A program made the position numbers and the translations under genes. Positions 38,331 to 51,346 of a stretch of DNA of 64,000 nucleotides are shown here, piece by piece. The stretch comes from Sphyrna mokarran (taxonomy: Eukaryota). The notes below the pieces were generated by a model that did no database searches, was not told the origin of the DNA, and saw nothing but the letters and a program-made list of their open reading frames with translations. How positions within the stretch are numbered: position 1 is the first letter of the stretch; each line of letters opens with the position of its first letter. Location of the stretch: positions 51,770,001 through 51,834,000 of the forward strand of contig JAGIQG010000011.1 in NCBI GenBank assembly GCA_024679065.1. The letters are read 5' to 3'.

Positions 38331-40230
38331 TGCAGTATAAGTTTCTGACACAGATAGAGTTAATAACGGACTAAGTACAGCACCACCCACACTGTAATGT
38401 AAGCTAGCAGCTCATGACCTGCATTCAGGATCAGTCCTGCATTGGACATAGCCATGCATACCAACAAACATGGAGACAGCTCCTACTTCATATCCTTTGT
38501 TGTGTCTTTGTAAAGTTATAAGAGTCAGTAAAGACTTAGAGTTAACATATATATGGCTACGAAAACTTCTTCAGACTTATCGAACTGTAAACAATACCCT
38601 ACAGCACTTAACACCAATCAGTAACTGAACCAGGGACATAATGATTCATAACATTAGAGAGCTAACCCATCAGGGAAGCTATTGTGGGGGATATTCTACT
38701 AAGTACTACAGTATAAGGGTCTGGTATAGAAAGGGTAAACATGGGATTGAGTACACTACAGCCTACACTGTGATGTAAAGGAACACATGACTAGAATCGA
38801 AAGGACATTCTTGTACCGGACAGAGATGGGTGTAAGATCAAGCATGGAGACAGACCTGGCTTAGATCTTATACTTTAAATATGGTCACAATTATGAATAG
38901 TTAATAAACACTTACTGTTAATCCATGCAAAACTCAGAACATTTTCATAAAGCCTACTGATCTATATTAAACATTTTGCAATGTGACAGTAGTTGTTGGC
39001 AAAACCCAGAACCTCACAGAAGCTGGAGAAGAAATTTAAAATCTGGAAGATTGGAAAGAGCAGCAGTCTAACCTGACAAAATGTACCAGAAGGAAAGGTG
39101 TTGAAGGAGATTGCCAGGGAAAAGCTTCAAAATAGGATTGGAAAAAGAAGGCAGAAATAAAAATCTGCACTGTAGCTGAAGATTCCTTTCAATACTCAAA
39201 GTGTGCAGAGTGAGGAAACCTAGCAGGGGTGAATCAAAGAAACAAAATCCTTGGCCAGAATGCATTTAAAAAAACATTTAAGTTAGCAGCTGTTAGAATT
39301 GCCATTTTAAAGCAAACAGTCTGAAACTAGCATCAGTGCCTGACAATGTAACAGCCAAGCTCGCTCCAATCAAAAAAAACATAATTAAACAAATTATCAA
39401 CAGCTAAAAAACCCAGCAGAAACCGAAAATTGTTGATTTCGCTGCCCAAAAATATCTCAATACTGTGAGAAAGTCTCAGAAATGTTGATCCATGGAGTCA
39501 TTGTTGAATATTTCAAAACACAGAAATTGTGAATGTTTTTACTGTGAGAGCCCACCAAAACTGAGAAGCACAAAAACTCATTGAGAAGATATGTTAGGAC
39601 TATGCTGTCTTGAATTTATTTACAGAATTTAAAGTTATGTCCACTTATAATTCGAAATGACCAGAGATCAAAAATCCAACTTTGAAGAAAAAATTTGGAC
39701 TCATCCAAAGGCCCAAGCAAAATTGGGCATATCAGAGAAAGAGATTCCTTATCGACATGATTGTTTCAGACCTAAAAAAAAAGAACCTGAGCAGATTAAC
39801 ATACTGCTTTATTCGGTAGGTCTGGTAGCTGATTACATAATTGCTTAATAAAGAATCAGTGAATCTTCAGCAAAATTTGGCAATGTTTCAAATTCATTTG
39901 AGCAGTAACAAGATATTTGAAAGAAAAAGTTTAACAAATATGTCAAATAGCTCAGGGAATGTATTGACTCCTTCATTAATCAACTGCACAGATTGGCTGA
40001 AGGTTGGGTATAGTGGCCTAGAATTATAGCTAATCTGTGATAGAATTGTTGCCAGAGTGGCAGACAATGCATTCTCAGACACACCTCAAGGAAGGTTTGA
40101 CCCTTAAAAAGACCATCCAAGTTAATAGGCAGTCTGAAATCCATTTAAGGCAAATTCACCTTAAGGAACAAAAGGAAGTCATGGTACAGAACAACCTCAA
40201 GACTACAGAAATAGTGCAAGATAAGACAAT
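38331..40230 (+). mobile_element. Ty3/Gypsy relic: two related LTRs in tandem (about 38331-38600 and 38707-38980) followed by decayed gag
   Basis: The LTRs align to each other (TGCAGTATAAG../TACAGTATAAG..; ACACTGTAATGTAA/ACACTGTGATGTAA; CATGGAGACAG). Gag relic EQINILLYSVG...ECIDSFINQLHRLAEG...LICDRIVA...LTLKKTIQ. Confidence 0.75.
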
Positions 40231-42284
40231 GAAGGATGTTAAATATGAGGATGAAAATTTTAAATGGAAAAGGTCAGGGGACCACAGTTATTGTGGGCAG
40301 GAGCGATGGATAAGGAGGCGAAGGATAGTCCATGGGTAGCAAACACTTCAGATATACTGAAGTTTAGAGTGTGGGAGGCTGGCTAGGAGAGCATTAGAAT
40401 AATTAAGGCTGGAAACAAAAAATATATTGATAAATATTTCAGCAATAAAAGTGGGTTCTGCTATGGAGGGAAAAGGACGAATACTCTGGTGACAGAGTAG
40501 CAAAGATGGAAACTCATTTTGGAGTCGAATAGCATACCAAAATTGCAAACAGTTTAGTTCGTCCTGAGATAGGGACGGTGAAGTGAATTGAATCGATGGC
40601 AAGGCTATAGAGTTCATGGCGGGTATTAAGATAGTGAATGGGCTGTCCAATTTTTTTTCTATTGATGGGAGGGAGGAGAATTGAACTGGGACCAGGCAAC
40701 AGGGATTGTGGCACAGGGCTTCAGTCTTTCCATTGTTTCACTGAAACAAATTGCAACTCATGCATGTTTAGGTATGAGGCAAATTGTTTTAAAACAAAGG
40801 AATTGGTGGACAGGTAGAACTGCGTACATCAGTGTATATAAGAAAGCTGATGCTTGATGTTGATCAATCCTCAACACTCCAAAATTCAGCACACCAAAAT
40901 ACTGTCCTCCATAATCTATTCCCCATCAACTTACACTCACCCACCTCACCTGCTATTTCTGACGCACAATAGCTGTTGGGCCCTCACCATTTTAATTTAA
41001 AACTCACATCAGCATGTTTAATAGGCATCTCACTATATCTGTAATTATCCTTAGCCCTACAAGCCTCGTAGAACTTTCCATCCGTCCAAACCCGGTCTCT
41101 TGTACATTCCCCTTTCTCTTTTCTCACCTTTGATAGCATATTTTCGGTTGTCTAAGCTCATGAATCCTCTTCTTAAACCCTTCTATCTCTCCACCTGCAC
41201 CGGGATTATGGGAGCGCAAAATTCCAGAAGGAAAGAAAACCTGCATCCGTATAGCACTCCATCCTAATTTAGATCCATACCTCACATTAATTACTGCAAA
41301 CAACAATGACTATTGTTAAAAAGGTGAGCAGCAGCCATTTTGCACACAGCAACATCAACCAAGTAGCATTAAGATGGATGAACAGTTGATCAGTATTCCA
41401 CAGGGTTGACAACACTGGGAGGGCTCCCTGCTCTTCTTCGAATGGTGCCATAGAACCTTTTTACATCCAACTGAACAACCAGATGGAGCCCCGATTAACA
41501 TTTCATGAACAAGAGGACATAAGTCAAATAATTAATTATGTTTTATGCATATTAACATCTTAAGTAATCTACAGGCATGCTACTTGTTATAGAAGCTGCA
41601 TATCATTGAACCTCATATCAATTCATATTTCCTATTCTGAACCTATGCAGGGAATTTTAATCTAACCTGCCTGGTGGGAAGCTGACACAATCAGATAGTG
41701 TGCCTGTTTTACATGTTACCCAGTGTTACTTTTCATTTGCGATCGGATCACGTCAGTTTTCCACTGGATGGGCTAAGTTACAATGACCACTATGAATCAA
41801 TCTTTGAACAATTATGTTCTCTTCATATTTGATAATACTGAGAGACAGCAAGAAGCAGTCTACTTGTCCATATCTATACTGAAAAGGCAGAACAGAGTTC
41901 AAATTTCAGACTCATTCCCTCCCAAAAATGTTCTCAGGATAATCTCTCTCAAGTGGTTCCCTTTTCATATTTACTTTTCACTGTGTCACTATGAAGATAT
42001 CAGACTGGTAATACAACTTAGAACTCTGTGATATCTGATTGGTGATTTGCTAACGTAGCCATTTTATATGGTCTGGATTGATATCCTAGTTGGCATTATT
42101 CCCTTACATTTCTTTGAACTCAATTTACAAATATTATTCTGTTACAAATATTTTTACAGTACAAAGAACAAAGAACAAAGAACAAAACAGCACGGGAAAC
42201 AGGTCCTTCGGCCCAACGAGCCCGTGCCGCGTAATACAAAAATATTATTTATATTACAAATTTTTACCTTTCCTCTTGACCCCA

Positions 42285-44165
42285 ACAGACTTGTGAAAAA
42301 TGACAGCTCATGAATTAAAAGGGACAGTAACAACATGGATATAAAATTAGCAATAAGAGTAATACATTAATGGATATTTTTTAGGCTGGAGGAATGCATA
42401 TAGCAGAGTTCCCCAGGGGTCAGTATTGGAACCTTTGCTTTCTCTGATATATACTATTGAACTAGACCTTGATGTGCAGGGAACTGTTGCAAAGATGACA
42501 CAAAACTTGGAAGTTTTATAAACTGTGAGGATAGTATAGAACTTCAAAAGTACATAGACAAGTTGATGGAGTGGGCAGATAGGTGGCAGATGAAGTTCAA
42601 TGCAGACAAGTGTGAAGTGTTGCATTTCAGTAGGAAGAACATGGAGAAACAATAGAAAATAAGTTGTACCAGTCTTAAAGAGGTGCAGGAGCAGAGGGAT
42701 CTGGGTGTATATATGCATAGAAGATTGAAAATGGCAGAACAGTTGGAAAGATCAGTTAATAAAGCAAACAGTATTCTGAATTTATTAAGAGGGCTATAGA
42801 CTACAAGTGCAAGAAGGTTATACTGAACTCATACAAAATATTAGTTAGACCTCAACTGGAATACTGTGTACATTTCTGGGTGCCACACAGTGGGAAAGAT
42901 ATTAATGCATTGGAGAGAGTGCAGAAGAGGTTTACAAGAGTGGTTCCAGAAATGAGAAACTGAAATTATCGGGATAGATTGGAGAAGCTGAGACTGTTTG
43001 CCTTGGAGAGAAGGCAAAGAGGAGATTTAGCAGAGATTAAACAAAGAACAAAGAACAAAGAACAACACAGCATGGGAAACAGGCCTTTTGGCCCAATGAG
43101 CCCGTGCCACAATTTTAATGTTCCCACTTCCACCCATGACTCTTGTCTATGTTTACGGAAATCTGCATTGGAACCAAATTGGGGAGACAATTTAGGGACA
43201 ATTTGTTTCGCCAATAAGCCTAAGAGCACATCTTTGGGGTGTGGGAGGAAACCGGATCACCCGGAAAAAAACCACGCAACCACGGGGAGAATGCGCAAAC
43301 TCCCATAGATACGGGCCCAAATCGTTGTATCTGCACAGCAACAGTAATAGTCACTAAGCTGTCGTGTCGCCCATCAACTGGTCCAGTTTAAGCATATATT
43401 AACAACGTGAAGCACTAGGCTACTCTCGAAAAATCCAAGAGCAGCCCTTTCACGACCCATCTTGTATATGCCCCTTGTTGGACAACAAGCTGGACCGAAG
43501 TACCTATAGGATAAAAGAGAAATACATTAACAACATGCACAACTTATGCAACTCCCAGGAATGTCCCTAGGCTCATGATCCCTATTTAAATCAGTCTACT
43601 ATATCCCTCCATCCCTATTCCACTCATGTGCCTATCGAAATATCTCTTAAATAACTCCAGCATGCCTGTCTCCACCACCTTACTTAGCAGCACGTTCAAA
43701 ACCACAATGGGCTGGACAGAGCAGATAAGAAGTAGATAGGGATAAATAGATATGGAGAACAGGTAGGGAGGTGGATTTGAGACCAGGGAGAGATTAGCCA
43801 TGATATGATTGAATGGCGGAGTAAGTGTGAAGGGCTGTATTTGCCTACTCTAATTCCTATGTTTCTAAACTGTTCTAGCTTGTAAATGGTTTCAGAGTTA
43901 GTTTGCAAAAGAAGCAAATATGGTCTGAGAAAATTATTTTCTCACAGTAAGTGACTCAAGTCTGGAATGAACTGTCTGGTGGAGGCAAGTGTGGTAGAGA
44001 TAGGTTCAGAAGGGCACTGGATGATTATTGGAATAGAAACAATGTGGAAGGGAATGGGGAAAAGGCAAGAGAATGACACTAACTCATAATGCTCATTTAG
44101 TGAGCCAGTACAGATATAATGGGCTGAATGGCCTCCTGCTGTGCTGTAACAATTCTGTGATTCAA
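42285..44165 (+). mobile_element. Degenerate CR1 (RT C-terminus to tail) split by two nested insertions (43038-43697 minus, about 43728-43867 plus)
   Basis: VPQGSVLEPLL..YI..LD, WQMKFNADKCEVLHF, RPQLEYCVHFW and RRQRGDLAE|FKTTMGLDR motifs. Tail at about 44120-44165. Confidence 0.85.
43038..43697 (-). mobile_element. Composite insertion: CR1 ORF2 C-terminus, about 215-nt spacer, whole V-SINE, (TTCTTTG)n tail
   Basis: NVLLSKVVETGMLELFKRYFDRHMSGIGMEGYSRLI* ends at 43586. SINE at 43372-43039. The host CR1 reads contiguously across both junctions. Confidence 0.75.
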
Positions 44166-46714
44166 TGAAATGTTAATTGAGTGAAGCAACCTTTCAATCC
44201 TTCATTGTTGAATGGGTGAGTGGTTGTTATCTTTAGCTGCCATCCCAGCAGAATAAGAATCATGTCAGCAAATTTCCCTTCATCCAAAATGGTGGCAGTT
44301 CCTTGGTAGGGAAGAACTACCAATGACTTGACATTTGACCTGGCATCCGAATACATTTACATGTTTCAGATGAATACCTGATATAACCAACTGGCACAGC
44401 CTCCTTTGGTGCGAAGGTGAAAAGCTGCTATAGTATCTGGAATGGCTAAATGATTTAAAATAGGCTAGCTTCTGTACACCAGTCAATTGCAGGAGGAAAA
44501 TTGACCTTTTGAAGTTCAAATTCCCATGAGATACCCTTAGCAATGCTGGATGCCAAGGCATACCTGATTTGGAGCATCATGAGAGTTACTAATGACAGAA
44601 AATCCATACTATGATTATATAGTGTCACAATACACTTGTCCATTTTTGAGTCAGCATATTCACCCACACCTAGCCTTGCATAAATGGGAGGGAGAAGCTA
44701 TACCCCAGCTTAGTTTCTTTCCCTGCCCGCAACATTCTGATTTTTGTCAATTTTGCCAGGGTAAATTTTGGGGGTCATTTGTCTTTTCAAGTATTTGATT
44801 ATTTTTGTCCCATAGTTTTGTCTGAAATTGTCAATCCAATTTTCGTTCATGTCTGGAACAAAAATAAGTTTCAACTATTTGTCTCAGATTTAGCTTTTCA
44901 GTCTGGGTCTAACAGCTTGGAATGCACCTTAAGCCACCCAGTGTCTAACTTGTAGCAGACCCAGAGATTGGACAGAAAACCCTCATTATAGTTTTTTAAC
45001 CTCTTTGTGTCGCGTGTTTAATGTGAACTTACTTGACTGGAAGATGGTAAAATAAACAGAAAGAGTATGCTTACAAATTTGTCTTATGCCCTTTGGAGAG
45101 TGAAAGCTACAATCACATCTGCTGTGCTAAACTCTAAGGTAATTAATCGCCTTATATGGTAGTTCCTTTACTAAGTGTCAATAGAGTCTCTTTGGCCTAT
45201 CCTTGAAAGGGGTAATGAATACCTAATTTTTCAAGACAGGCCAAAAACCATGCTTCAAAAATTAATGACAAGAACAAAGCAAATTTAAATGGACCTCTCT
45301 TTATCTCAGATAAATTGCAGAAAACTAAGCCTTGAAGATGATTACAGTTAAACAGAATGACTTGTCTCCTATCCTAGGTATCTGAGCTGGTAAGAACTTC
45401 AGTTACATATCAAAATAAGCAAGTTGCAGCCGTTCAATGGGACAGGTTCCGAAGGGTGAGCACTGAAGTAGGCAGGCCACTAGTGTACAAAGAACAACAG
45501 AGATCAAAGAAAATTACAGCTCAGGAACAGGACTTTGGCCCTCCAAGCCTGCACCGATCATACTGCCTGACTTCCCCTATGCTTCCGGGGACCTCTATTC
45601 CCATCTCATTCATGTACTTGTCAAGACGCCCTTTAAAAATCACTAAGTGTACTGGTTGGATCTTACTGTTCCTGGCGCCAATCACTTCACTTAGAGTGGA
45701 TGTGATGATGTGGGGTGGGAAGTGGATAGGCAGGGAGAGGGGGTCAAATGGGTTGGAGTTGGAGGCAGGATCCAGCAATCTGCTGGCTTTGGAAAAATGG
45801 TCAATTAATTTTGTTTGTCAGCTCATAATTTTAGTGCAAACGCACAGATTACACAGTGGATCAGGAAAGGTGCGGCAGAACGGAGAGCCAACCATGCAAC
45901 AGCTTAACAAACACTTCAACTCTCAAATATTTTATTTTATATGATTTCATCCTGGACATTTTATCCTACCCTGGATCAGGAATGGTGAATACCCCGGTCG
46001 ATTGGCTCGTGCACTTAAAAATACAATTTGCCATTAACAATAATACTAAGCAATGAACACAGCATGTTCACCAAAGGCAGTGGACTGTTTTGGTTGACTT
46101 AAAAAAACTTAAACTTTTTTTTTAGACTTTTTAGTGGTGAACAAGTGGAATACTCTGTTCAGCCTCCCATCCCAAGAGCAAACAGGCCTCCATGATTTTC
46201 AGGATTCAATGTCATTTGAATTCACCCAGCAAGCTGCTGGGGACTAACTGGTGTCACAGTACATCTTGTTAGACTCAAGCCTAAAATTAAGAGCAGCGTT
46301 ATCGCCAACAAGTTCATTCTTAATAGGGCTGAGCATGGTCCCAGAAACATGGATATGGCAGCAGTGGCCCCGATTATTTTCTTAAGCCTCAGAGAATTTG
46401 GAAACAATTATTGCATTAGCCATTAGCATTTTAGTTAGTTTCCATCAGTGCTTTCGGAGCAGTATTGACGGAGGTCCTGTCTTACAGATGGGATTTTGAA
46501 CTGAGAACTAATCTATCCTGTTATATGTACATGATGAACACCTTAAAGGAAATCAGGGCATTCTCCCAATGTTTTAGGCAATATTTATTCCTCAAACAAC
46601 ATCTGAAACATGTTATCTGGTTACTTATTTTACTGGTGTTCGTGAGAGCTCCCTGGGTGAACTTTGGTTGCCGCTCAAGTTTGATCTACCATTCAAAAGG
46701 ATCTTGTCTGATCC

Positions 46715-48580
46715 AATATTCCTCATGTCTACTTTTCTGCCCCTTTTCCTTGATTCCTCTACTGATCAAAAATCTATTTCAGCCACTGCCTCCACGGCGA
46801 GAGCTTCCAAAAACTCACAACCCTCTGAGATAAGAAATTTTTCCTCATCTCTGCCTTAAATTGGCACCCCTTTATGCTGAGACGATGCCATCATGCTCGC
46901 CTATGAGGGGAAGCATCCTCTGAGGATTTACCCTGTTAAGTCCCTTAAGGATTCTATGTGGGGGTCTTTGCAGCTGCACTCACCCCAAGACTGGAAATTC
47001 CTGCTTGAGGTCACCCACCCCCTTCACTATGTTTCTCACAGCAGGTGGGACAAGAAAATTCCCCCTAATGTTTCAACGAGATCACCTCTCATTCTTCTAA
47101 ATTTTAATGAGTAGAGTTCCAATCCATTTAACCTTCCCTCAAGACAGAATTCCTCCATACCGGGAATAATCCTTATGAGGCTTTCCTGAATGTTCCAGTG
47201 AAATAACAGGCAGTATTTTATGACCATGTTGCACCCATTTTTGGATACAACTTGGTCATAAAGTGATTAGCTAAGGCGATTAGTGTGATCAGCACTGGTT
47301 TTTGTGACCCATGCCATTTTACAGCAGTAGGATTTCTGGCACAGTCAACCTCCTGCTGGAAATGGGCGAAAAGCAGGTTCATTCATTTAAATAATTTATT
47401 TAAATAAGCATTTCAATGTGATTAGCAAGCCAGCACTCAATCATTCGATTCACTTGCCTTTATGGCCTCGTTGGGAGAGATTCTTGATGGCGAGGAATAG
47501 ACATGCTCCCTGTGAATGGACAGCAGTTAGTTTGGCTTTGCAATGAAATAGGATGCCATTGAGGCCAGACCAGGAATTCTGAGGGAATGCAGGGTGCCCC
47601 ATGGGCAGTGCCAGCCTGGCACTTTGGTAATGTCCACCAGGAAGTGAGAGGTGGGGTCAATGGTGAAGAGGCAAGTGGGGCTGTGGCCAATGGGGGAGGG
47701 GCCAGTGGAAGCGTGGCTGATTAGGGATTGGACCCATTGCTACTCTGTAGTGAACGGTGAGGGAACAGCAGTGCAACCATAATTGATCAGAGCAGAGGTG
47801 GTTCAAGGTAGGCTGCATCTCAGGCTGCAGGCCTCCATGATTGCCGGATTAGCTGCTTCAGGCTGCTTGCAGTAGCAGGGGCCTGACAGCTCTCTCTTTG
47901 TCCATCAGACTCTTACAACTGCTAATGTGCAAGTGCAGATCAGAGGTCTACACATGAGAACTACCTACCTCTACTGGCTTTTGGGTGTGTTAAGTCCTAC
48001 CCACAGGCCTCTGCAGTAAGCAACAGACTTGCTCAAGCTTTTGCTTGATGTGGAAATGCCGCCGTTACACTAGGGTAAACACTTCCCCGTAATAAAAATT
48101 CTTCAAGTTGTGTTGGTATAGCATTACACAACAAAAAACTGTCACCCTTATTTTGGTGAGGAAGCAATATTGAAGAGTAAATAGCAGAAATAGTAAGACC
48201 ACTTACCTGACAAAGGAACAGCGCTCTGAAAGCTGGTAGTTTTTGCTACCAAATAAACTTGTTGAACTTTAACCTGGTGTTGTCAAACTTTTGCAGCTAG
48301 GTGCATATGGGGTGCCTGAAAACATGCTCAAAAAATGGATCTGAAACCCTTTCAAATAACGTCCAACATTTTTCCTTAAATAAGGGGACTAAAACTGCTC
48401 ACAGTACTCCAGATGTGGTTTCACCGGTACTTGTATTGTTGCAACAAGAGTTCTCTATTCTTATATACCAACTCCTTGAAATAAGGGCTAACATTCTATG
48501 AATCTTCCTGATTACCCGCTGTACCTGTGTGTTAGCTTTCTGTGTTTCATGCACAAATATTCCCAAGTTCCTTTGTGTTT
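46715..48580 (-). mobile_element. CR1 fragment split by a MITE (about 46960-47065) and a larger DNA-transposon relic (about 47198-48360)
   Basis: RIIPGMEEFCLEGRLNGLELYSLKFRRMRGDLVET in ORF 47036-47227. CR1 resumes near 48365 with a PHLEYC.QF motif on the minus strand. Confidence 0.65.
48081..48199 (+). repeat. Copy 1 of a 120-bp local direct duplication (copy 2 at 50140-50259)
   Basis: By-eye alignment gives about 13 substitutions and 1 indel over about 120 nt. Confidence 0.95.
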
Positions 48581-50139
48581 CAGCCTTGTTATATAGCCTT
48601 CACAGGCCATTAACCATGAAGTGCTTCATCAAAAGTGCGGTTGCTCAGACTGAGTTTGTTTTTAAGGGGATGTTTTCCAAATCTGAAATGCTTCTTAGAA
48701 AGTGCAGGTGATCATTTTTTCAAAGGGAATTTCTCTCTATTCCTATGATTGAACAATATGACTTTAATCAGTACCAGCAGCTGGCACAACTTAGACATTA
48801 AAGTCTCAGGGTTCCTTAATGAGCATCTTCTTGCAGCCTTTGTAGAATTCTCCAGATGGGCAAGATGACCATGCAGGCGAGGCTCTGATACAATTGTAGC
48901 CCTCAGGTAGCTAGGCTGGCACTGAGAGGTTGGAAGTGCCTAGGACAATGCCAGATTGGCACTGCCATGGTGTATGGTCTGAAAGTGGGCCTGAAGGCAG
49001 CAGGGCCTTTGGTGACCCAATAGTGGGGTGTCACTTACTTGGGGGGAGCAGGGCTAGTGCCACAAAGTCAGTGAAAATTGAATGACAGACACACTGATGC
49101 CTGTGTGGTTTGAGCTGGGAGGAATGACCCAAATATTTAATGGTGGGGTGGTTGCTGCTTTGTAGTCAATTTTTAGGAGTGTTTCTCTTACCTGCAGGAC
49201 ATTGTGATATCCGTGTGGGGAGGCAGAGTGGAGAGGGGGAGGTGGGTTGAGGTGGGGCAGGGTGTGTTACTTTGGGATCAGGTCTCCCTTTGAAAAAGGC
49301 TTCCTGATCTCTGAGGAATTGATCTTGCTGGGATCTTGAGATCCCCACATGTTTCTTTAGTGGCACAAATCAGCCCAATCTCCGAAGAAATGTCAAAGTG
49401 TGGGTGGATTGCGATCGGGATCCTGCCAACCCAACCAATGGGAATCACACAGAATTTCCTGCTGGAGACCACATTTGGGAAATTTTCTGGCAGAATCACG
49501 CCCTGAGACCAAGAGAATGCCAGTGGATGGAACCACTAGTCTAATGATATGCAAAAAGCTGAAAGGCAGCAGATTCATTCTACAGGGCAAACTCCCACAG
49601 ACAAATGCATTTGGTTGCAAATGTGTGGCTTAAAATCTTTCTGCTCCTTTATACATGAATGTGTAAAATGATAGCAGTGCACTGATCTCTCACTGTGAAG
49701 ATGCCTTGCTGGGTTCCTGACATAGCACAGACAGAAATTCATTGAAATACAAAAACAGGAGCTAGGCTGCGGATGGGGGCTCACCCTCATATTTTTGATG
49801 GTGAAAAGCAACTGGACATGTTTTTGCATATGAAATTCAATAACTGACCTCATTTTCCTATTTAGATCTTGGTTGTAAGGAGACAAATACTGCAAAGTAC
49901 TTAACTATTCTAAAGCAACATGGCAACCATTCCTACAATTAAAAAAATAGATAACACCATAACATCATATTTGATAACCTGCATGGTAGTTCTTAGCAAA
50001 AAGTCTGAAGAAAAAGGCCAAGATTTGGAGTGAAAAACATCATGAATGCTTGAAAAAAATAGAGATAATAATTTGAGGTAAATCTAGAATGTTAAAGGAG
50101 AATGATGGAAGATGGCAAAGAGAGAGGATTTTTTAGCAA

Positions 50140-50259
50140 ACTTTCCTGCGATAAAAATTCTTCAAGTTGTGTAGGTATAGGATTACACAACAAGTAAATG
50201 TCACCCCTTGTTTTGGTGAGAAAGCAATATTGAAGAGTAAATAGCGGAAGTAGTAAGAC
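50140..50259 (+). repeat. Copy 2 of the local duplication
   Basis: ATAAAAATTCTTCAAGTTGTG...GCAATATTGAAGAGTAAATAGC..AAGTAGTAAGAC is shared with 48081-48199. Confidence 0.95.
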
Positions 50260-51176
50260 ACACTGAGGTGAGTGAAAGGAGATCCATGTATGATCAAACT
50301 GTAATGTAAGAACAGAAGCCTTTCAACCTTTAAGATTAAAAATTATTGCAGCGGCATTACTTCCTTCCTCATTTTCAAAGGCTGCTGAAAGATGTGAGAT
50401 TTGCAGACCTGATAATGAGTCAGTTAATGACACAAATGATACCTCCAGAACCTTACTAAACCATCCAGGTTCCACAATTTAATCTGTAATAAATAGTCCT
50501 GCATCATTGTACGACGGTTTCGCATAATGGTGAATGAAATATGCTGGTATGATAGGTACAATAAATCTGCATTTTCCTATGGTTCCCCGAGGCTAAGACA
50601 ATATGTAACAGGAATACTACTGTCAGGATGAGCAGATCTCAAGGCCATCATAAAATCTAAATGGGGACTAATTAGGAGTCCCTTCTCTTTCAGAGTTACT
50701 ATTTCTATTGACATTTTCTGTGCACGATCCTTTCCATAACATCATAAGTCACAAAGGTAAGAACTCCCAAGATTGCATGGAAAAAGCTTTAATGGAGATT
50801 CTGAACTCTGAGGCAAAGCATAAATTTCACTGCTGAAACTGCAGTATCTGTACTGAGAGTGTTCACTTTACAAACTTTAAAATCTATAAACCGATGATTT
50901 CCCTGTTGCAAATTTCTGTTTTGTTCTGCTTTCATCTTGACTTTGTTTTGATAATAAATTATTGAATGCAATTAAATCTTATGTTTAGTCCACAGAGCAC
51001 CATTTTAGTTCAGAATGGTTTGAAACTACAAAATCTCGCTCCCAAATGATGTTGCATCCTTCAAACCACAAGCCAGAACTCACACTTAATGGAATAACAT
51101 ACAACTCAGTTGAGTCAAGTCGCCTTATTTACAACATTTCCAATGCAACTGGAGACAATCCTTGGGAAACAAATCC

Positions 51177-51346
51177 TTGAGTCCAAAGATGTGTGGGTTA
51201 GATTGATTGGCCATGCCCGGGCATAAGTTAAAGGGTTTAGAGGGGTAAATATGTGGGATTACAAAGATATGGCCTAGGTGGGATTGTTGTCAGTGCAGAC
51301 TTGATGGGCTGAATGGCCTCCTTCTGCACTGTAGAGATCCCATGAC
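51177..51346 (+). mobile_element. HE1 SINE 3' fragment
   Basis: GTCCAAAGATGTGTGGGTTAGATTGATTGGCCATG...GGCCTCCTTCTGCACTGTAG. Confidence 0.8.

Noticed and set aside
44375-44590. Two short minus-strand exon-like segments (QLFTFAPKEAVPVGYI; 25-nt segment)
   Set aside because: Weak acceptors, no homology and no link to the gene at the left edge.
45456-45944. 162-aa ORF and other 100-150 aa ORFs (35041, 56975, 60305)
   Set aside because: They run across repeat fragments or low-complexity DNA with no coherent protein signal.
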